The notes under the pieces are model-generated. The model was not told the origin of the DNA. It saw nothing but the letters and a program-made list of their open reading frames with translations, and searched no databases. The position numbers and the translations under genes are program-made. From Cyanophora paradoxa CCMP329 (Eukaryota; Plantae; Glaucophyta), in contig QPMI01000093.1 in assembly GCA_004431415.1 (NCBI GenBank), forward strand, positions 1-64,000: a stretch of DNA of 64,000 nucleotides. Reading direction: 5' to 3'. Positions 15,001 to 30,000 of this stretch are shown piece after piece. The first letter of the stretch is position 1. Each line of letters opens with the position of its first letter.

Positions 15001-18000
15001 GAGTCGCGTCCTCGAACGCCTTCCAAACTTGGCTGGACCGCCCCTCAAGAGGCGGCGGCGCTGTGTACCCCCCTGACGCCGGGATTTCGATGCTGACGGA
15101 GGCGCCCCGGCCCGAACGCAGCCTACCACGAATGCCGGCGCTCCTTATTCGCTCGATCCCACCAGTCCGCAGGGCTCGGCGGCGGGGCCCCTCAGGAAGC
15201 CTGCGCATGCGTGTCCGCGGGGCCGTACCCCTCCGGGAAGGGCTCCGCCGGCCCGTCCGACCGCGCACGGCGGCGGCGCTAGACCCGCAGGGCACGCCCG
15301 CAGCGTCGCAAGCCTTACAGACGTGTCCCCGCGCCGAGAGTCGCGTCCTCGAACGCCTTCGAAACTTGGCTGGACCGCCCCTCAAGAGGCGGCGGCGCTG
15401 TGTACCCCCCTGACGCCGGGATTTCGATGCTGACGGAGGCGCCCCGGCCCGAACGCAGCCTACCACGAATGCCGGCGCTCCTTATTCGCTCGATCCCACC
15501 AGTCCGCAGGGCTCGGCGGCGGGGGCCCCTCAGGAAGCCTGCGCATGCGTGTCCGCGGGGCCGTACCCCTCCGGGAAGGGCTCCGCCGGCCCGTCCGACC
15601 GCGCACGGCGGCGGCGCTAGACCCGCAGGGCACGCCCGCAGCGTCGCAAGCCTTACAGACGTGTCCCCGCGCCGAGAGTCGCGTCCTCGAACGCCTTCGA
15701 AACTTGGCTGGACCGCCCCTCAAGAGGCGGCGGCGCTGTGTACCCCCCTGACGCCGGGATTTCGATGCTGACGGAGGCGCCCCGGCCCGAACGCAGCCTA
15801 CCACGAATGCCGGCGCTCCTTATTCGCTCGATCCCACCAGTCCGCAGGGCTCGGCGGCGGGGGCCCCTCAGGAAGCCTGCGCATGCGTGTCCGCGGGGCC
15901 GTACCCCTCCGGGAAGGGCTCCGCCGGCCCGTCCGACCGCGCACGGCGGCGGCGCTAGACCCGCAGGGCACGCCCGCAGCGTCGCAAGCCTTACAGACGT
16001 GTCCCCGCGCCGAGAGTCGCGTCCTCGAACGCCTTCGAAACTTGGCTGGACCGCCCCTCAAGAGGCGGCGGCGCTGTGTACCCCCTGACGCCGGGATTTC
16101 GATGCTGACGGAGGCGCCCCGGCCCGAACGCAGCCTACCACGAATGCCGGCGCTCCTTATTCGCTCGATCCCACCAGTCCGCAGGGCTCGGCGGCGGGGG
16201 CCCCTCAGGAAGCCTGCGCATGCGTGTCCGCGGGGCCGTACCCCTCCGGGAAGGGCTCCGCCGGCCCGTCCGACCGCGCACGGCGGCGGCGCTAGACCCG
16301 CAGGGCACGCCCGCAGCGTCGCAAGCCTTACAGACGTGTCCCCGCGCCGAGAGTCGCGTCCTCGAACGCCTTCCAAACTTGGCTGGACCGCCCCTCAAGA
16401 GGCGGCGGCGCTGTGTACCCCCCTGACGCCGGGATTTCGATGCTGACGGAGGCGCCCCGGCCCGAACGCAGCCTACCACGAATGCCGGCGCTCCTTATTC
16501 GCTCGATCCCACCAGTCCGCAGGGCTCGGCGGCGGGGGCCCCTCAGGAAGCCTGCGCATGCGTGTCCGCGGGGCCGTACCCCTCCGGGAAGGGCTCCGCC
16601 GGCCCGTCCGACCGCGCACGGCGGCGGCGCTAGACCCGCAGGGCACGCCCGCAGCGTCGCAAGCCTTACAGACGTGTCCCCGCGCCGAGAGTCGCGTCCT
16701 CGAACGCCTTCCAAACTTGGCTGGACCGCCCCTCGGAGACGGCGGCGCTGTGTACCCCCCTGACGCCGGGATTTCGATGTTGACGGAGGTGCCCGGCCCG
16801 AACGCAGCCTACCACGAATGCCGGCGCTCCTTATTCGCTCGATCCCACCAGTCCGCAGGGCTCGGCGGCGGGGGCCCCTCAGGAAGCCTGCGCATGCGTG
16901 TCCGCGGGGCCGTACCCCTCCGGGAAGGGCTCCGCCGGCCCGTCCGACCGCGCACGGCGGCGGCGCTAGACCCGCAGGGCACGCCCGCAGCGTCGCAAGC
17001 CTTACAGACGTGTCCCCGCGCCGAGAGTCGCGTCCTCGAACGCCTTCGAAACTTGGCTGGACCGCCCCTCAAGAGGCGGCGGCGCTGTGTACCCCCTGAC
17101 GCCGGGATTTCGATGCTGACGGAGGCGCCCCGGCCCGAACGCAGCCTACCACGAATGCCGGCGCTCCTTATTCGCTCGATCCCACCAGTCCGCAGGGCTC
17201 GGCGGCGGGGGCCCCTCAGGAAGCCTGCGCATGCGTGTCCGCGGGGCCGTACCCCTCCGGGAAGGGCTCCGCCGGCCCGTCCGACCGCGCACGGCGGCGG
17301 CGCTAGACCCGCAGGGCACGCCCGCAGCGTCGCAAGCCTTACAGACGTGTCCCCGCGCCGAGAGTCGCGTCCTCGAACGCCTTCGAAACTTGGCTGGACC
17401 GCCCCTCAAGAGGCGGCGGCGCTGTGTACCCCCCTGACGCCGGGATTTCGATGCTGACGGAGGCGCCCCGGCCCGAACGCAGCCTACCACGAATGCCGGC
17501 GCTCCTTATTCGCTCGATCCCACCAGTCCGCAGGGCTCGGCGGCGGGGGCCCCTCAGGAAGCCTGCGCATGCGTGTCCGCGGGGCCGTACCCCTCCGGGA
17601 AGGGCTCCGCCGGCCCGTCCGACCGCGCACGGCGGCGGCGCTAGACCCGCAGGGCACGCCCGCAGCGTCGCAAGCCTTACAGACGTGTCCCCGCGCCGAG
17701 AGTCGCGTCCTCGAACGCCTTCGAAACTTGGCTGGACCGCCCCTCAAGAGGCGGCGGCGCTGTGTACCCCCTGACGCCGGGATTTCGATGCTGACGGAGG
17801 CGCCCCGGCCCGAACGCAGCCTACCACGAATGCCGGCGCTCCTTATTCGCTCGATCCCACCAGTCCGCAGGGCTCGGCGGCGGGGGCCCCTCAGGAAGCC
17901 TGCGCATGCGTGTCCGCGGGGCCGTACCCCTCCGGGAAGGGCTCCGCCGGCCCGTCCGACCGCGCACGGCGGCGGCGCTAGACCCGCAGGGCACGCCCGC

Positions 18001-21000
18001 AGCGTCGCAAGCCTTACAGACGTGTCCCCGCGCCGAGAGTCGCGTCCTCGAACGCCTTCGAAACTTGGCTGGACCGCCCCTCAAGAGGCGGCGGCGCTGT
18101 GTACCCCCCTGACGCCGGGATTTCGATGCTGACGGAGGCGCCCCGGCCCGAACGCAGCCTACCACGAATGCCGGCGCTCCTTATTCGCTCGATCCCACCA
18201 GTCCGCAGGGCTCGGCGGCGGGGGCCCCTCAGGAAGCCTGCGCATGCGTGTCCGCGGGGCCGTACCCCTCCGGGAAGGGCTCCGCCGGCCCGTCCGACCG
18301 CGCACGGCGGCGGCGCTAGACCCGCAGGGCACGCCCGCAGCGTCGCAAGCCTTACAGACGTGTCCCCGCGCCGAGAGTCGCGTCCTCGAACGCCTTCGAA
18401 ACTTGGCTGGACCGCCCCTCAAGAGGCGGCGGCGCTGTGTACCCCCTGACGCCGGGATTTCGATGCTGACGGAGGCGCCCCGGCCCGAACGCAGCCTACC
18501 ACGAATGCCGGCGCTCCTTATTCGCTCGATCCCACCAGTCCGCAGGGCTCGGCGGCGGGGCCCCTCAGGAAGCCTGCGCATGCGTGTCCGCGGGGCCGTA
18601 CCCCTCCGGGAAGGGCTCCGCCGGCCCGTCCGACCGCGCACGGCGGCGGCGCTAGACCCGCAGGGCACGCCCGCAGCGTCGCAAGCCTTACAGACGTGTC
18701 CCCGCGCCGAGAGTCGCGTCCTCGAACGCCTTCGAAACTTGGCTGGACCGCCCCTCAAGAGGCGGCGGCGCTGTGTACCCCCCTGACGCCGGGATTTCGA
18801 TGCTGACGGAGGCGCCCCGGCCCGAACGCAGCCTACCACGAATGCCGGCGCTCCTTATTCGCTCGATCCCACCAGTCCGCAGGGCTCGGCGGCGGGGGCC
18901 CCTCAGGAAGCCTGCGCATGCGTGTCCGCGGGGCCGTACCCCTCCGGGAAGGGCTCCGCCGGCCCGTCCGACCGCGCACGGCGGCGGCGCTAGACCCGCA
19001 GGGCACGCCCGCAGCGTCGCAAGCCTTACAGACGTGTCCCCGCGCCGAGAGTCGCGTCCTCGAACGCCTTCGAAACTTGGCTGGACCGCCCCTCAAGAGG
19101 CGGCGGCGCTGTGTACCCCCCTGACGCCGGGATTTCGATGCTGACGGAGGCGCCCCGGCCCGAACGCAGCCTACCACGAATGCCGGCGCTCCTTATTCGC
19201 TCGATCCCACCAGTCCGCAGGGCTCGGCGGCGGGGGCCCCTCAGGAAGCCTGCGCATGCGTGTCCGCGGGGCCGTACCCCTCCGGGAAGGGCTCCGCCGG
19301 CCCGTCCGACCGCGCACGGCGGCGGCGCTAGACCCGCAGGGCACGCCCGCAGCGTCGCAAGCCTTACAGACGTGTCCCCGCGCCGAGAGTCGCGTCCTCG
19401 AACGCCTTCCAAACTTGGCTGGACCGCCCCTCAAGAGGCGGCGGCGCTGTGTACCCCCTGACGCCGGGATTTCGATGCTGACGGAGGCGCCCCGGCCCGA
19501 ACGCAGCCTACCACGAATGCCGGCGCTCCTTATTCGCTCGATCCCACCAGTCCGCAGGGCTCGGCGGCGGGGGCCCCTCAGGAAGCCTGCGCATGCGTGT
19601 CCGCGGGGCCGTACCCCTCCGGGAAGGGCTCCGCCGGCCCGTCCGACCGCGCACGGCGGCGGCGCTAGACCCGCAGGGCACGCCCGCAGCGTCGCAAGCC
19701 TTACAGACGTGTCCCCGCGCCGAGAGTCGCGTCCTCGAACGCCTTCGAAACTTGGCTGGACCGCCCCTCAAGAGGCGGCGGCGCTGTGTACCCCCCTGAC
19801 GCCGGGATTTCGATGCTGACGGAGGCGCCCCGGCCCGAACGCAGCCTACCACGAATGCCGGCGCTCCTTATTCGCTCGATCCCACCAGTCCGCAGGGCTC
19901 GGCGGCGGGGGCCCCTCAGGAAGCCTGCGCATGCGTGTCCGCGGGGCCGTACCCCTCCGGGAAGGGCTCCGCCGGCCCGTCCGACCGCGCACGGCGGCGG
20001 CGCTAGACCCGCAGGGCACGCCCGCAGCGTCGCAAGCCTTACAGACGTGTCCCCGCGCCGAGAGTCGCGTCCTCGAACGCCTTCGAAACTTGGCTGGACC
20101 GCCCCTCGGAGACGGCGGCGCTGTGTACCCCCCTGACGCCGGGATTTCGATGCTGACGGAGGTGCCTCGGCCCGAACGCAGCCTACCACGAATGCCGGCG
20201 CTCCTTATTCGCTCGATCCCACCAGTCCGCAGGGCTCGGCGGCGGGGCCCCTCAGGAAGCCTGCGCATGCGTGTCCGCGGGGCCGTACCCCTCCGGGAAG
20301 GGCTCCGCCGGCCCGTCCGACCGCGCACGGCGGCGGCGCTAGACCCGCAGGGCACGCCCGCAGCGTCGCAAGCCTTACAGACGTGTCCCCGCGCCGAGAG
20401 TCGCGTCCTCGAACGCCTTCGAAACTTGGCTGGACCGCCCCTCAAGAGCGGCGGCGCTGTGTACCCCCTGACGCCGGGATTTCGATGCTGACGGAGGCGC
20501 CCCGGCCCGAACGCAGCCTACCACGAATGCCGGCGCTCCTTATTCGCTCGATCCCACCAGTCCGCAGGGCTCGGCGGCGGGGCCCCTCAGGAAGCCTGCG
20601 CATGCGTGTCCGCGGGGCCGTACCCCTCCGGGAAGGGCTCCGCCGGCCCGTCCGACCGCGCACGGCGGCGGCGCTAGACCCGCAGGGCACGCCCGCAGCG
20701 TCGCAAGCCTTACAGACGTGTCCCCGCGCCGAGAGTCGCGTCCTCGAACGCCTTCGAAACTTGGCTGGACCGCCCCTCAAGAGGCGGCGGCGCTGTGTAC
20801 CCCCTGACGCCGGGATTTCGATGCTGACGGAGGCGCCCCGGCCCGAACGCAGCCTACCACGAATGCCGGCGCTCCTTATTCGCTCGATCCCACCAGTCCG
20901 CAGGGCTCGGCGGCGGGGCCCCTCAGGAAGCCTGCGCATGCGTGTCCGCGGGGCCGTACCCCTCCGGGAAGGGCTCCGCCGGCCCGTCCGACCGCGCACG

Positions 21001-24000
21001 GCGGCGGCGCTAGACCCGCAGGGCACGCCCGCAGCGTCGCAAGCCTTACAGACGTGTCCCCGCGCCGAGAGTCGCGTCCTCGAACGCCTTCCAAACTTGG
21101 CTGGACCGCCCCTCAAGAGGCGGCGGCGCTGTGTACCCCCCTGACGCCGGGATTTCGATGCTGACGGAGGCGCCCCGGCCCGAACGCAGCCTACCACGAA
21201 TGCCGGCGCTCCTTATTCGCTCGATCCCACCAGTCCGCAGGGCTCGGCGGCGGGGCCCCTCAGGAAGCCTGCGCATGCGTGTCCGCGGGGCCGTACCCCT
21301 CCGGGAAGGGCTCCGCCGGCCCGTCCGACCGCGCACGGCGGCGGCGCTAGACCCGCAGGGCACGCCCGCAGCGTCGCAAGCCTTACAGACGTGTCCCCGC
21401 GCCGAGAGTCGCGTCCTCGAACGCCTTCGAAACTTGGCTGGACCGCCCCTCAAGAGGCGGCGGCGCTGTGTACCCCCCTGACGCCGGGATTTCGATGCTG
21501 ACGGAGGCGCCCCGGCCCGAACGCAGCCTACCACGAATGCCGGCGCTCCTTATTCGCTCGATCCCACCAGTCCGCAGGGCTCGGCGGCGGGGGCCCCTCA
21601 GGAAGCCTGCGCATGCGTGTCCGCGGGGCCGTACCCCTCCGGGAAGGGCTCCGCCGGCCCGTCCGACCGCGCACGGCGGCGGCGCTAGACCCGCAGGGCA
21701 CGCCCGCAGCGTCGCAAGCCTTACAGACGTGTCCCCGCGCCGAGAGTCGCGTCCTCGAACGCCTTCCAAACTTGGCTGGACCGCCCCTCAAGAGGCGGCG
21801 GCGCTGTGTACCCCCCTGACGCCGGGATTTCGATGCTGACGGAGGCGCCCCGGCCCGAACGCAGCCTACCACGAATGCCGGCGCTCCTTATTCGCTCGAT
21901 CCCACCAGTCCGCAGGGCTCGGCGGCGGGGGCCCCTCAGGAAGCCTGCGCATGCGTGTCCGCGGGGCCGTACCCCTCCGGGAAGGGCTCCGCCGGCCCGT
22001 CCGACCGCGCACGGCGGCGGCGCTAGACCCGCAGGGCACGCCCGCAGCGTCGCAAGCCTTACAGACGTGTCCCCGCGCCGAGAGTCGCGTCCTCGAACGC
22101 CTTCGAAACTTGGCTGGACCGCCCCTCAAGAGGCGGCGGCGCTGTGTACCCCCCTGACGCCGGGATTTCGATGCTGACGGAGGCGCCCCGGCCCGAACGC
22201 AGCCTACCACGAATGCCGGCGCTCCTTATTCGCTCGATCCCACCAGTCCGCAGGGCTCGGCGGCGGGGGCCCCTCAGGAAGCCTGCGCATGCGTGTCCGC
22301 GGGGCCGTACCCCTCCGGGAAGGGCTCCGCCGGCCCGTCCGACCGCGCACGGCGGCGGCGCTAGACCCGCAGGGCACGCCCGCAGCGTCGCAAGCCTTAC
22401 AGACGTGTCCCCGCGCCGAGAGTCGCGTCCTCGAACGCCTTCAAACTTGGCTGGACCGCCCCTCAAGAGGCGGCGGCGCTGTGTACCCCCCTGACGCCGG
22501 GATTTCGATGCTGACGGAGGCGCCCCGGCCCGAACGCAGCCTACCACGAATGCCGGCGCTCCTTATTCGCTCGATCCCACCAGTCCGCAGGGCTCGGCGG
22601 CGGGGGCCCCTCAGGAAGCCTGCGCATGCGTGTCCGCGGGGCCGTACCCCTCCGGGAAGGGCTCCGCCGGCCCGTCCGACCGCGCACGGCGGCGGCGCTA
22701 GACCCGCAGGGCACGCCCGCAGCGTCGCAAGCCTTACAGACGTGTCCCCGCGCCGAGAGTCGCGTCCTCGAACGCCTTCGAAACTTGGCTGGACCGCCCC
22801 TCAGAGCGGCGGCGCTGTGTACCCCCTGACGCCGGGATTTCGATGCTGACGGAGGCGCCCCGGCCCGAACGCAGCCTACCACGAATGCCGGCGCTCCTTA
22901 TTCGCTCGATCCCACCAGTCCGCAGGGCTCGGCGGCGGGGGCCCCTCAGGAAGCCTGCGCATGCGTGTCCGCGGGGCCGTACCCCTCCGGGAAGGGCTCC
23001 GCCGGCCCGTCCGACCGCGCACGGCGGCGGCGCTAGACCCGCAGGGCACGCCCGCAGCGTCGCAAGCCTTACAGACGTGTCCCCGCGCCGAGAGTCGCGT
23101 CCTCGAACGCCTTCGAAACTTGGCTGGACCGCCCCTCAAGAGGCGGCGGCGCTGTGTACCCCCCTGACGCCGGGATTTCGATGCTGACGGAGGCGCCCCG
23201 GCCCGAACGCAGCCTACCACGAATGCCGGCGCTCCTTATTCGCTCGATCCCACCAGTCCGCAGGGCTCGGCGGCGGGGGCCCCTCAGGAAGCCTGCGCAT
23301 GCGTGTCCGCGGGGCCGTACCCCTCCGGGAAGGGCTCCGCCGGCCCGTCCGACCGCGCACGGCGGCGGCGCTAGACCCGCAGGGCACGCCCGCAGCGTCG
23401 CAAGCCTTACAGACGTGTCCCCGCGCCGAGAGTCGCGTCCTCGAACGCCTTCGAAACTTGGCTGGACCGCCCCTCAAGAGGCGGCGGCGCTGTGTACCCC
23501 CCTGACGCCGGGATTTCGATGCTGACGGAGGCGCCCCGGCCCGAACGCAGCCTACCACGAATGCCGGCGCTCCTTATTCGCTCGATCCCACCAGTCCGCA
23601 GGGCTCGGCGGCGGGGCCCCTCAGGAAGCCTGCGCATGCGTGTCCGCGGGGCCGTACCCCTCCGGGAAGGGCTCCGCCGGCCCGTCCGACCGCGCACGGC
23701 GGCGGCGCTAGACCCGCAGGGCACGCCCGCAGCGTCGCAAGCCTTACAGACGTGTCCCCGCGCCGAGAGTCGCGTCCTCGAACGCCTTCAAACTTGGCTG
23801 GACCGCCCCTCAGAGGCGGCGGCGCTGTGTACCCCCCTGACGCCGGGATTTCGATGCTGACGGAGGTGCCTCGGCCCGAACGCAGCCTACCACGAATGCC
23901 GGCGCTCCTTATTCGCTCGATCCCACCAGTCCGCAGGGCTCGGCGGCGGGGCCCCTCAGGAAGCCTGCGCATGCGTGTCCGCGGGGCCGTACCCCTCCGG

Positions 24001-27000
24001 GAAGGGCTCCGCCGGCCCGTCCGACCGCGCACGGCGGCGGCGCTAGACCCGCAGGGCACGCCCGCAGCGTCGCAAGCCTTACAGACGTGTCCCCGCGCCG
24101 AGAGTCGCGTCCTCGAACGCCTTCGAAACTTGGCTGGACCGCCCCTCAAGAGGCGGCGGCGCTGTGTACCCCCCTGACGCCGGGATTTCGATGCTGACGG
24201 AGGCGCCCCGGCCCGAACGCAGCCTACCACGAATGCCGGCGCTCCTTATTCGCTCGATCCCACCAGTCCGCAGGGCTCGGCGGCGGGGGCCCCTCAGGAA
24301 GCCTGCGCATGCGTGTCCGCGGGGCCGTACCCTCCGGGAAGGGCTCCGCCGGCCCGTCCGACCGCGCACGGCGGCGGCGCTAGACCCGCAGGGCACGCCC
24401 GCAGCGTCGCAAGCCTTACAGACGTGTCCCCGCGCCGAGAGTCGCGTCCTCGAACGCCTTCGAAACTTGGCTGGACCGCCCCTCAAGAGCGGCGGCGCTG
24501 TGTACCCCCTGACGCCGGGATTTCGATGCTGACGGAGGCGCCCCGGCCCGAACGCAGCCTACCACGAATGCCGGCGCTCCTTATTCGCTCGATCCCACCA
24601 GTCCGCAGGGCTCGGCGGCGGGGGCCCCTCAGGAAGCCTGCGCATGCGTGTCCGCGGGGCCGTACCCCTCCGGGAAGGGCTCCGCCGGCCCGTCCGACCG
24701 CGCACGGCGGCGGCGCTAGACCCGCAGGGCACGCCCGCAGCGTCGCAAGCCTTACAGACGTGTCCCCGCGCCGAGAGTCGCGTCCTCGAACGCCTTCAAA
24801 CTTGGCTGGACCGCCCCCCGGAGGCGGCGGCGCTGTGTACCCCCCTGACGCCGGGATTTCGATGCTGACGGAGGCGCCCGGCCCGAACGCAGCCTACCAC
24901 GAATGCCGGCGCTCCTTATTCGCTCGATCCCACCAGTCCGCAGGGCTCGGCGGCGGGGCCCCTCAGGAAGCCTGCGCATGCGTGTCCGCGGGGCCGTACC
25001 CCTCCGGGAAGGGCTCCGCCGGCCCGTCCGACCGCGCACGGCGGCGGCGCTAGACCCGCAGGGCACGCCCGCAGCGTCGCAAGCCTTACAGACGTGTCCC
25101 CGCGCCGAGAGTCGCGTCCTCGAACGCCTTCGAAACTTGGCTGGACCGCCCCTCAAGAGGCGGCGGCGCTGTGTACCCCCCTGACGCCGGGATTTCGATG
25201 CTGACGGAGGCGCCCCGGCCCGAACGCAGCCTACCACGAATGCCGGCGCTCCTTATTCGCTCGATCCCACCAGTCCGCAGGGCTCGGCGGCGGGGCCCCT
25301 CAGGAAGCCTGCGCATGCGTGTCCGCGGGGCCGTACCCCTCCGGGAAGGGCTCCGCCGGCCCGTCCGACCGCGCACGGCGGCGGCGCTAGACCCGCAGGG
25401 CACGCCCGCAGCGTCGCAAGCCTTACAGACGTGTCCCCGCGCCGAGAGTCGCGTCCTCGAACGCCTTCGAAACTTGGCTGGACCGCCCTCAAGAGGCGGC
25501 GGCGCTGTGTACCCCCCTGACGCCGGGATTTCGATGCTGACGGAGGCGCCCCGGCCCGAACGCAGCCTACCACGAATGCCGGCGCTCCTTATTCGCTCGA
25601 TCCCACCAGTCCGCAGGGCTCGGCGGCGGGGGCCCCTCAGGAAGCCTGCGCATGCGTGTCCGCGGGGCCGTACCCTCCGGAAGGGCTCCGCCGGCCCGTC
25701 CGACCGCGCACGGCGGCGGCGCTAGACCCGCAGGGCACGCCCGCAGCGTCGCAAGCCTTACAGACGTGTCCCCGCGCCGAGAGTCGCGTCCTCGAACGCC
25801 TTCGAAACTTGGCTGGACCGCCCCTCAAGAGGCGGCGGCGCTGTGTACCCCCCTGACGCCGGGATTTCGATGCTGACGGAGGCGCCCCGGCCCGAACGCA
25901 GCCTACCACGAATGCCGGCGCTCCTTATTCGCTCGATCCCACCAGTCCGCAGGGCTCGGCGGCGGGGCCCCTCAGGAAGCCTGCGCATGCGTGTCCGCGG
26001 GGCCGTACCCCTCCGGGAAGGGCTCCGCCGGCCCGTCCGACCGCGCACGGCGGCGGCGCTAGACCCGCAGGGCACGCCCGCAGCGTCGCAAGCCTTACAG
26101 ACGTGTCCCCGCGCCGAGAGTCGCGTCCTCGAACGCCTTCGAAACTTGGCTGGACCGCCCCTCAAGAGGCGGCGGCGCTGTGTACCCCCTGACGCCGGGA
26201 TTTCGATGCTGACGGAGGCGCCCCGGCCCGAACGCAGCCTACCACGAATGCCGGCGCTCCTTATTCGCTCGATCCCACCAGTCCGCAGGGCTCGGCGGCG
26301 GGGCCCTCAGGAAGCCTGCGCATGCGTGTCCGCGGGGCCGTACCCCTCCGGGAAGGGCTCCGCCGGCCCGTCCGACCGCGCACGGCGGCGGCGCTAGACC
26401 CGCAGGGCACGCCCGCAGCGTCGCAAGCCTTACAGACGTGTCCCCGCGCCGAGAGTCGCGTCCTCGAACGCCTTCGAAACTTGGCTGGACCGCCCCTCAA
26501 GAGCGGCGGCGCTGTGTACCCCCTGACGCCGGGATTTCGATGTTGACGGAGGCGCCCCGGCCCGAACGCAGCCTACCACGAATGCCGGCGCTCCTTATTC
26601 GCTCGATCCCACCAGTCCGCAGGGCTCGGCGGCGGGGGCCCCTCAGGAAGCCTGCGCATGCGTGTCCGCGGGGCCGTACCCCTCCGGGAAGGGCTCCGCC
26701 GGCCCGTCCGACCGCGCACGGCGGCGGCGCTAGACCCGCAGGGCACGCCCGCAGCGTCGCAAGCCTTACAGACGTGTCCCGCGCCGAGAGTCGCGTCCTC
26801 GAACGCCTTCGAAACTTGGCTGGACCGCCCCTCAAGAGGCGGCGGCGCTGTGTACCCCCCTGACGCCGGATTTCGATGCTGACGGAGGCGCCCGGCCCGA
26901 ACGCAGCCTACCACGAATGCCGGCGCTCCTTATTCGCTCGATCCCACCAGTCCGCAGGGCTCGGCGGCGGGGGCCCCTCAGGAAGCCTGCGCATGCGTGT

Positions 27001-30000
27001 CCGCGGGCCGTACCCCTCCGGGAAGGGCTCCGCCGGCCCGTCCGACCGCGCACGGCGGCGGCGCTAGACCCGCAGGGCACGCCCGCAGCGTCGCAAGCCT
27101 TACAGACGTGTCCCGCGCGAGAGTCGCGTCCTCGAACGCCTTCGAAACTTGGCTGGACCGCCCCTCAAGAGGCGGCGGCGCTGTGTACCCCCTGACGCCG
27201 GGATTTCGATGCTGACGGAGGCGCCCCGGCCCGAACGCAGCCTACCACGAATGCCGGCGCTCCTTATTCGCTCGATCCCACCAGTCCGCAGGGCTCGGCG
27301 GCGGGGGCCCCTCAGGAAGCCTGCGCATGCGTGTCCGCGGGGCCGTACCCCTCCGGGAAGGGCTCCGCCGGCCCGTCCGACCGCGCACGGCGGCGGCGCT
27401 AGACCCGCAGGGCACGCCCGCAGCGTCGCAAGCCTTACAGACGTGTCCCCGCGCCGAGAGTCGCGTCCTCGAACGCCTTCGAAACTTGGCTGGACCGCCC
27501 CTCAAGAGGCGGCGGCGCTGTGTACCCCCCTGACGCCGGGATTTCGATGCTGACGGAGGCGCCCCGGCCCGAACGCAGCCTACCACGAATGCCGGCGCTC
27601 CTTATTCGCTCGATCCCACCAGTCCGCAGGGCTCGGCGGCGGGGGCCCCTCAGGAAGCCTGCGCATGCGTGTCCGCGGGGCCGTACCCCTCCGGGAAGGG
27701 CTCCGCCGGCCCGTCCGACCGCGCACGGCGGCGGCGCTAGACCCGCAGGGCACGCCCGCAGCGTCGCAAGCCTTACAGACGTGTCCCCGCGCCGAGAGTC
27801 GCGTCCTCGAACGCCTTCGAAACTTGGCTGGACCGCCCTCGGAGACGGCGGCGCTGTGTACCCCCCTGACGCCGGGATTTCGATGCTGACGGAGGGCCCC
27901 GGCCCGAACGCAGCCTACCACGAATGCCGGCGCTCCTTATTCGCTCGATCCCACCAGTCCGCAGGGCTCGGCGGCGGGGGCCCCTCAGGAAGCCTGCGCA
28001 TGCGTGTCCGCGGGGCCGTACCCCTCCGGGAAGGGCTCCGCCGGCCCGTCCGACCGCGCACGGCGGCGGCGCTAGACCCGCAGGGCACGCCCGCAGCGTC
28101 GCAAGCCTTACAGACGTGTCCCCGCGCCGAGAGTCGCGTCCTCGAACGCCTCCGAAACTTGGCTGGACCGCCCCTCGGAGACGGCGGCGCTGTGTACCCC
28201 CCTGACGCCGGGATTTCGATGCTGACGGAGGCGCCCCGGCCCGAACGCAGCCTACCACGAATGCCGGCGCTCCTTATTCGCTCGATCCCACCAGTCCGCA
28301 GGGCTCGGCGGCGGGGGCCCCTCAGGAAGCCTGCGCATGCGTGTCCGCGGGCCGTACCCCTCCGGGAAGGGCTCCGCCGGCCCGTCCGACCGCGCACGGC
28401 GGCGGCGCTAGACCCGCAGGGCACGCCCGCAGCGTCGCAAGCCTTACAGACGTGTCCCCGCGCCGAGAGTCGCGTCCTCGAACGCCTTCGAAACTTGGCT
28501 GGACCGCCCCTCAAGAGCGGCGGCGCTGTGTACCCCCTGACGCCGGGATTTCGATGCTGACGGAGGCGCCCCGGCCCGAACGCAGCCTACCACGAATGCC
28601 GGCGCTCCTTATTCGCTCGATCCCACCAGTCCGCAGGGCTCGGCGGCGGGGGCCCCTCAGGAAGCCTGCGCATGCGTGTCCGCGGGGCCGTACCCCTCCG
28701 GGAAGGGCTCCGCCGGCCCGTCCGACGCGCACGGCGGCGGCGCTAGACCCGCAGGGCACGCCCGCAGCGTCGCAAGCCTTACAGACGTGTCCCCGCGCCG
28801 AGAGTCGCGTCCTCGAACGCCTTCGAAACTTGGCTGGACCGCCCCTCAAGAGCGGCGGCGCTGTGTACCCCCTGACGCCGGGATTTCGATGCTGACGGAG
28901 GCGCCCGGCCCGAACGCAGCCTACCACGAATGCCGGCGCTCCTTATTCGCTCGATCCCACCAGTCCGCAGGGCTCGGCGGCGGGGGCCCCTCAGGAAGCC
29001 TGCGCATGCGTGTCCGCGGGGCCGTACCCCTCCGGGAAGGGCTCCGCCGGCCCGTCCGACCGCGCACGGCGGCGGCGCTAGACCCGCAGGGCACGCCCGC
29101 AGCGTCGCAAGCCTTACAGACGTGTCCCCGCGCCGAGAGTCGCGTCCTCGAACGCCTTCGAAACTTGGCTGGACCGCCCCTCGGAGACGGCGGCGCTGTG
29201 TACCCCCCTGACGCCGGGATTTCGATGCTGACGGAGGTGCCCCGGCCCGAACGCAGCCTACCACGAATGCCGGCGCTCCTTATTCGCTCGATCCCACCAG
29301 TCCGCAGGGCTCGGCGGCGGGGGCCCCTCAGGAAGCCTGCGCATGCGTGTCCGCGGGGCCGTACCCCTCCGGGAAGGGCTCCGCCGGCCCGTCCGACCGC
29401 GCACGGCGGCGGCGCTAGACCCGCAGGGCACGCCCGCAGCGTCGCAAGCCTTACAGACGTGTCCCCGCGCCGAGAGTCGCGTCCTCGAACGCCTTCGAAA
29501 CTTGCTGGACCGCCCTCAAGAGGCGGCGGCGCTGTGTACCCCCTGACGCCGGGATTTCGATGCTGACGGAGGCGCCCCGGCCCGAACGCAGCCTACCACG
29601 AATGCCGGCGCTCCTTATTCGCTCGATCCCACCAGTCCGCAGGGCTCGGCGGCGGGGGCCCTCAGGAAGCCTGCGCATGCGTGTCCGCGGGGCCGTACCC
29701 CTCCGGGAAGGGCTCCGCCGGCCCGTCCGACGCGCACGGCGGCGGCGCTAGACCCGCAGGGCACGCCCGCAGCGTCGCAAGCCTTACAGACGTGTCCCGC
29801 GCCGAGAGTCGCGTCCTCGAACGCCTTCAAACTTGGCTGGACCGCCCCTCAAGAGGCGGCGGCGCTGTGTACCCCCTGACGCCGGGATTTCGATGCTGAC
29901 GGAGGTGCCTCGGCCCGAACGCAGCCTACCACGAATGCCGGCGCTCCTTATTCGCTCGATCCCACCAGTCCGCAGGGCTCGGCGGCGGGGGCCCCTCAGG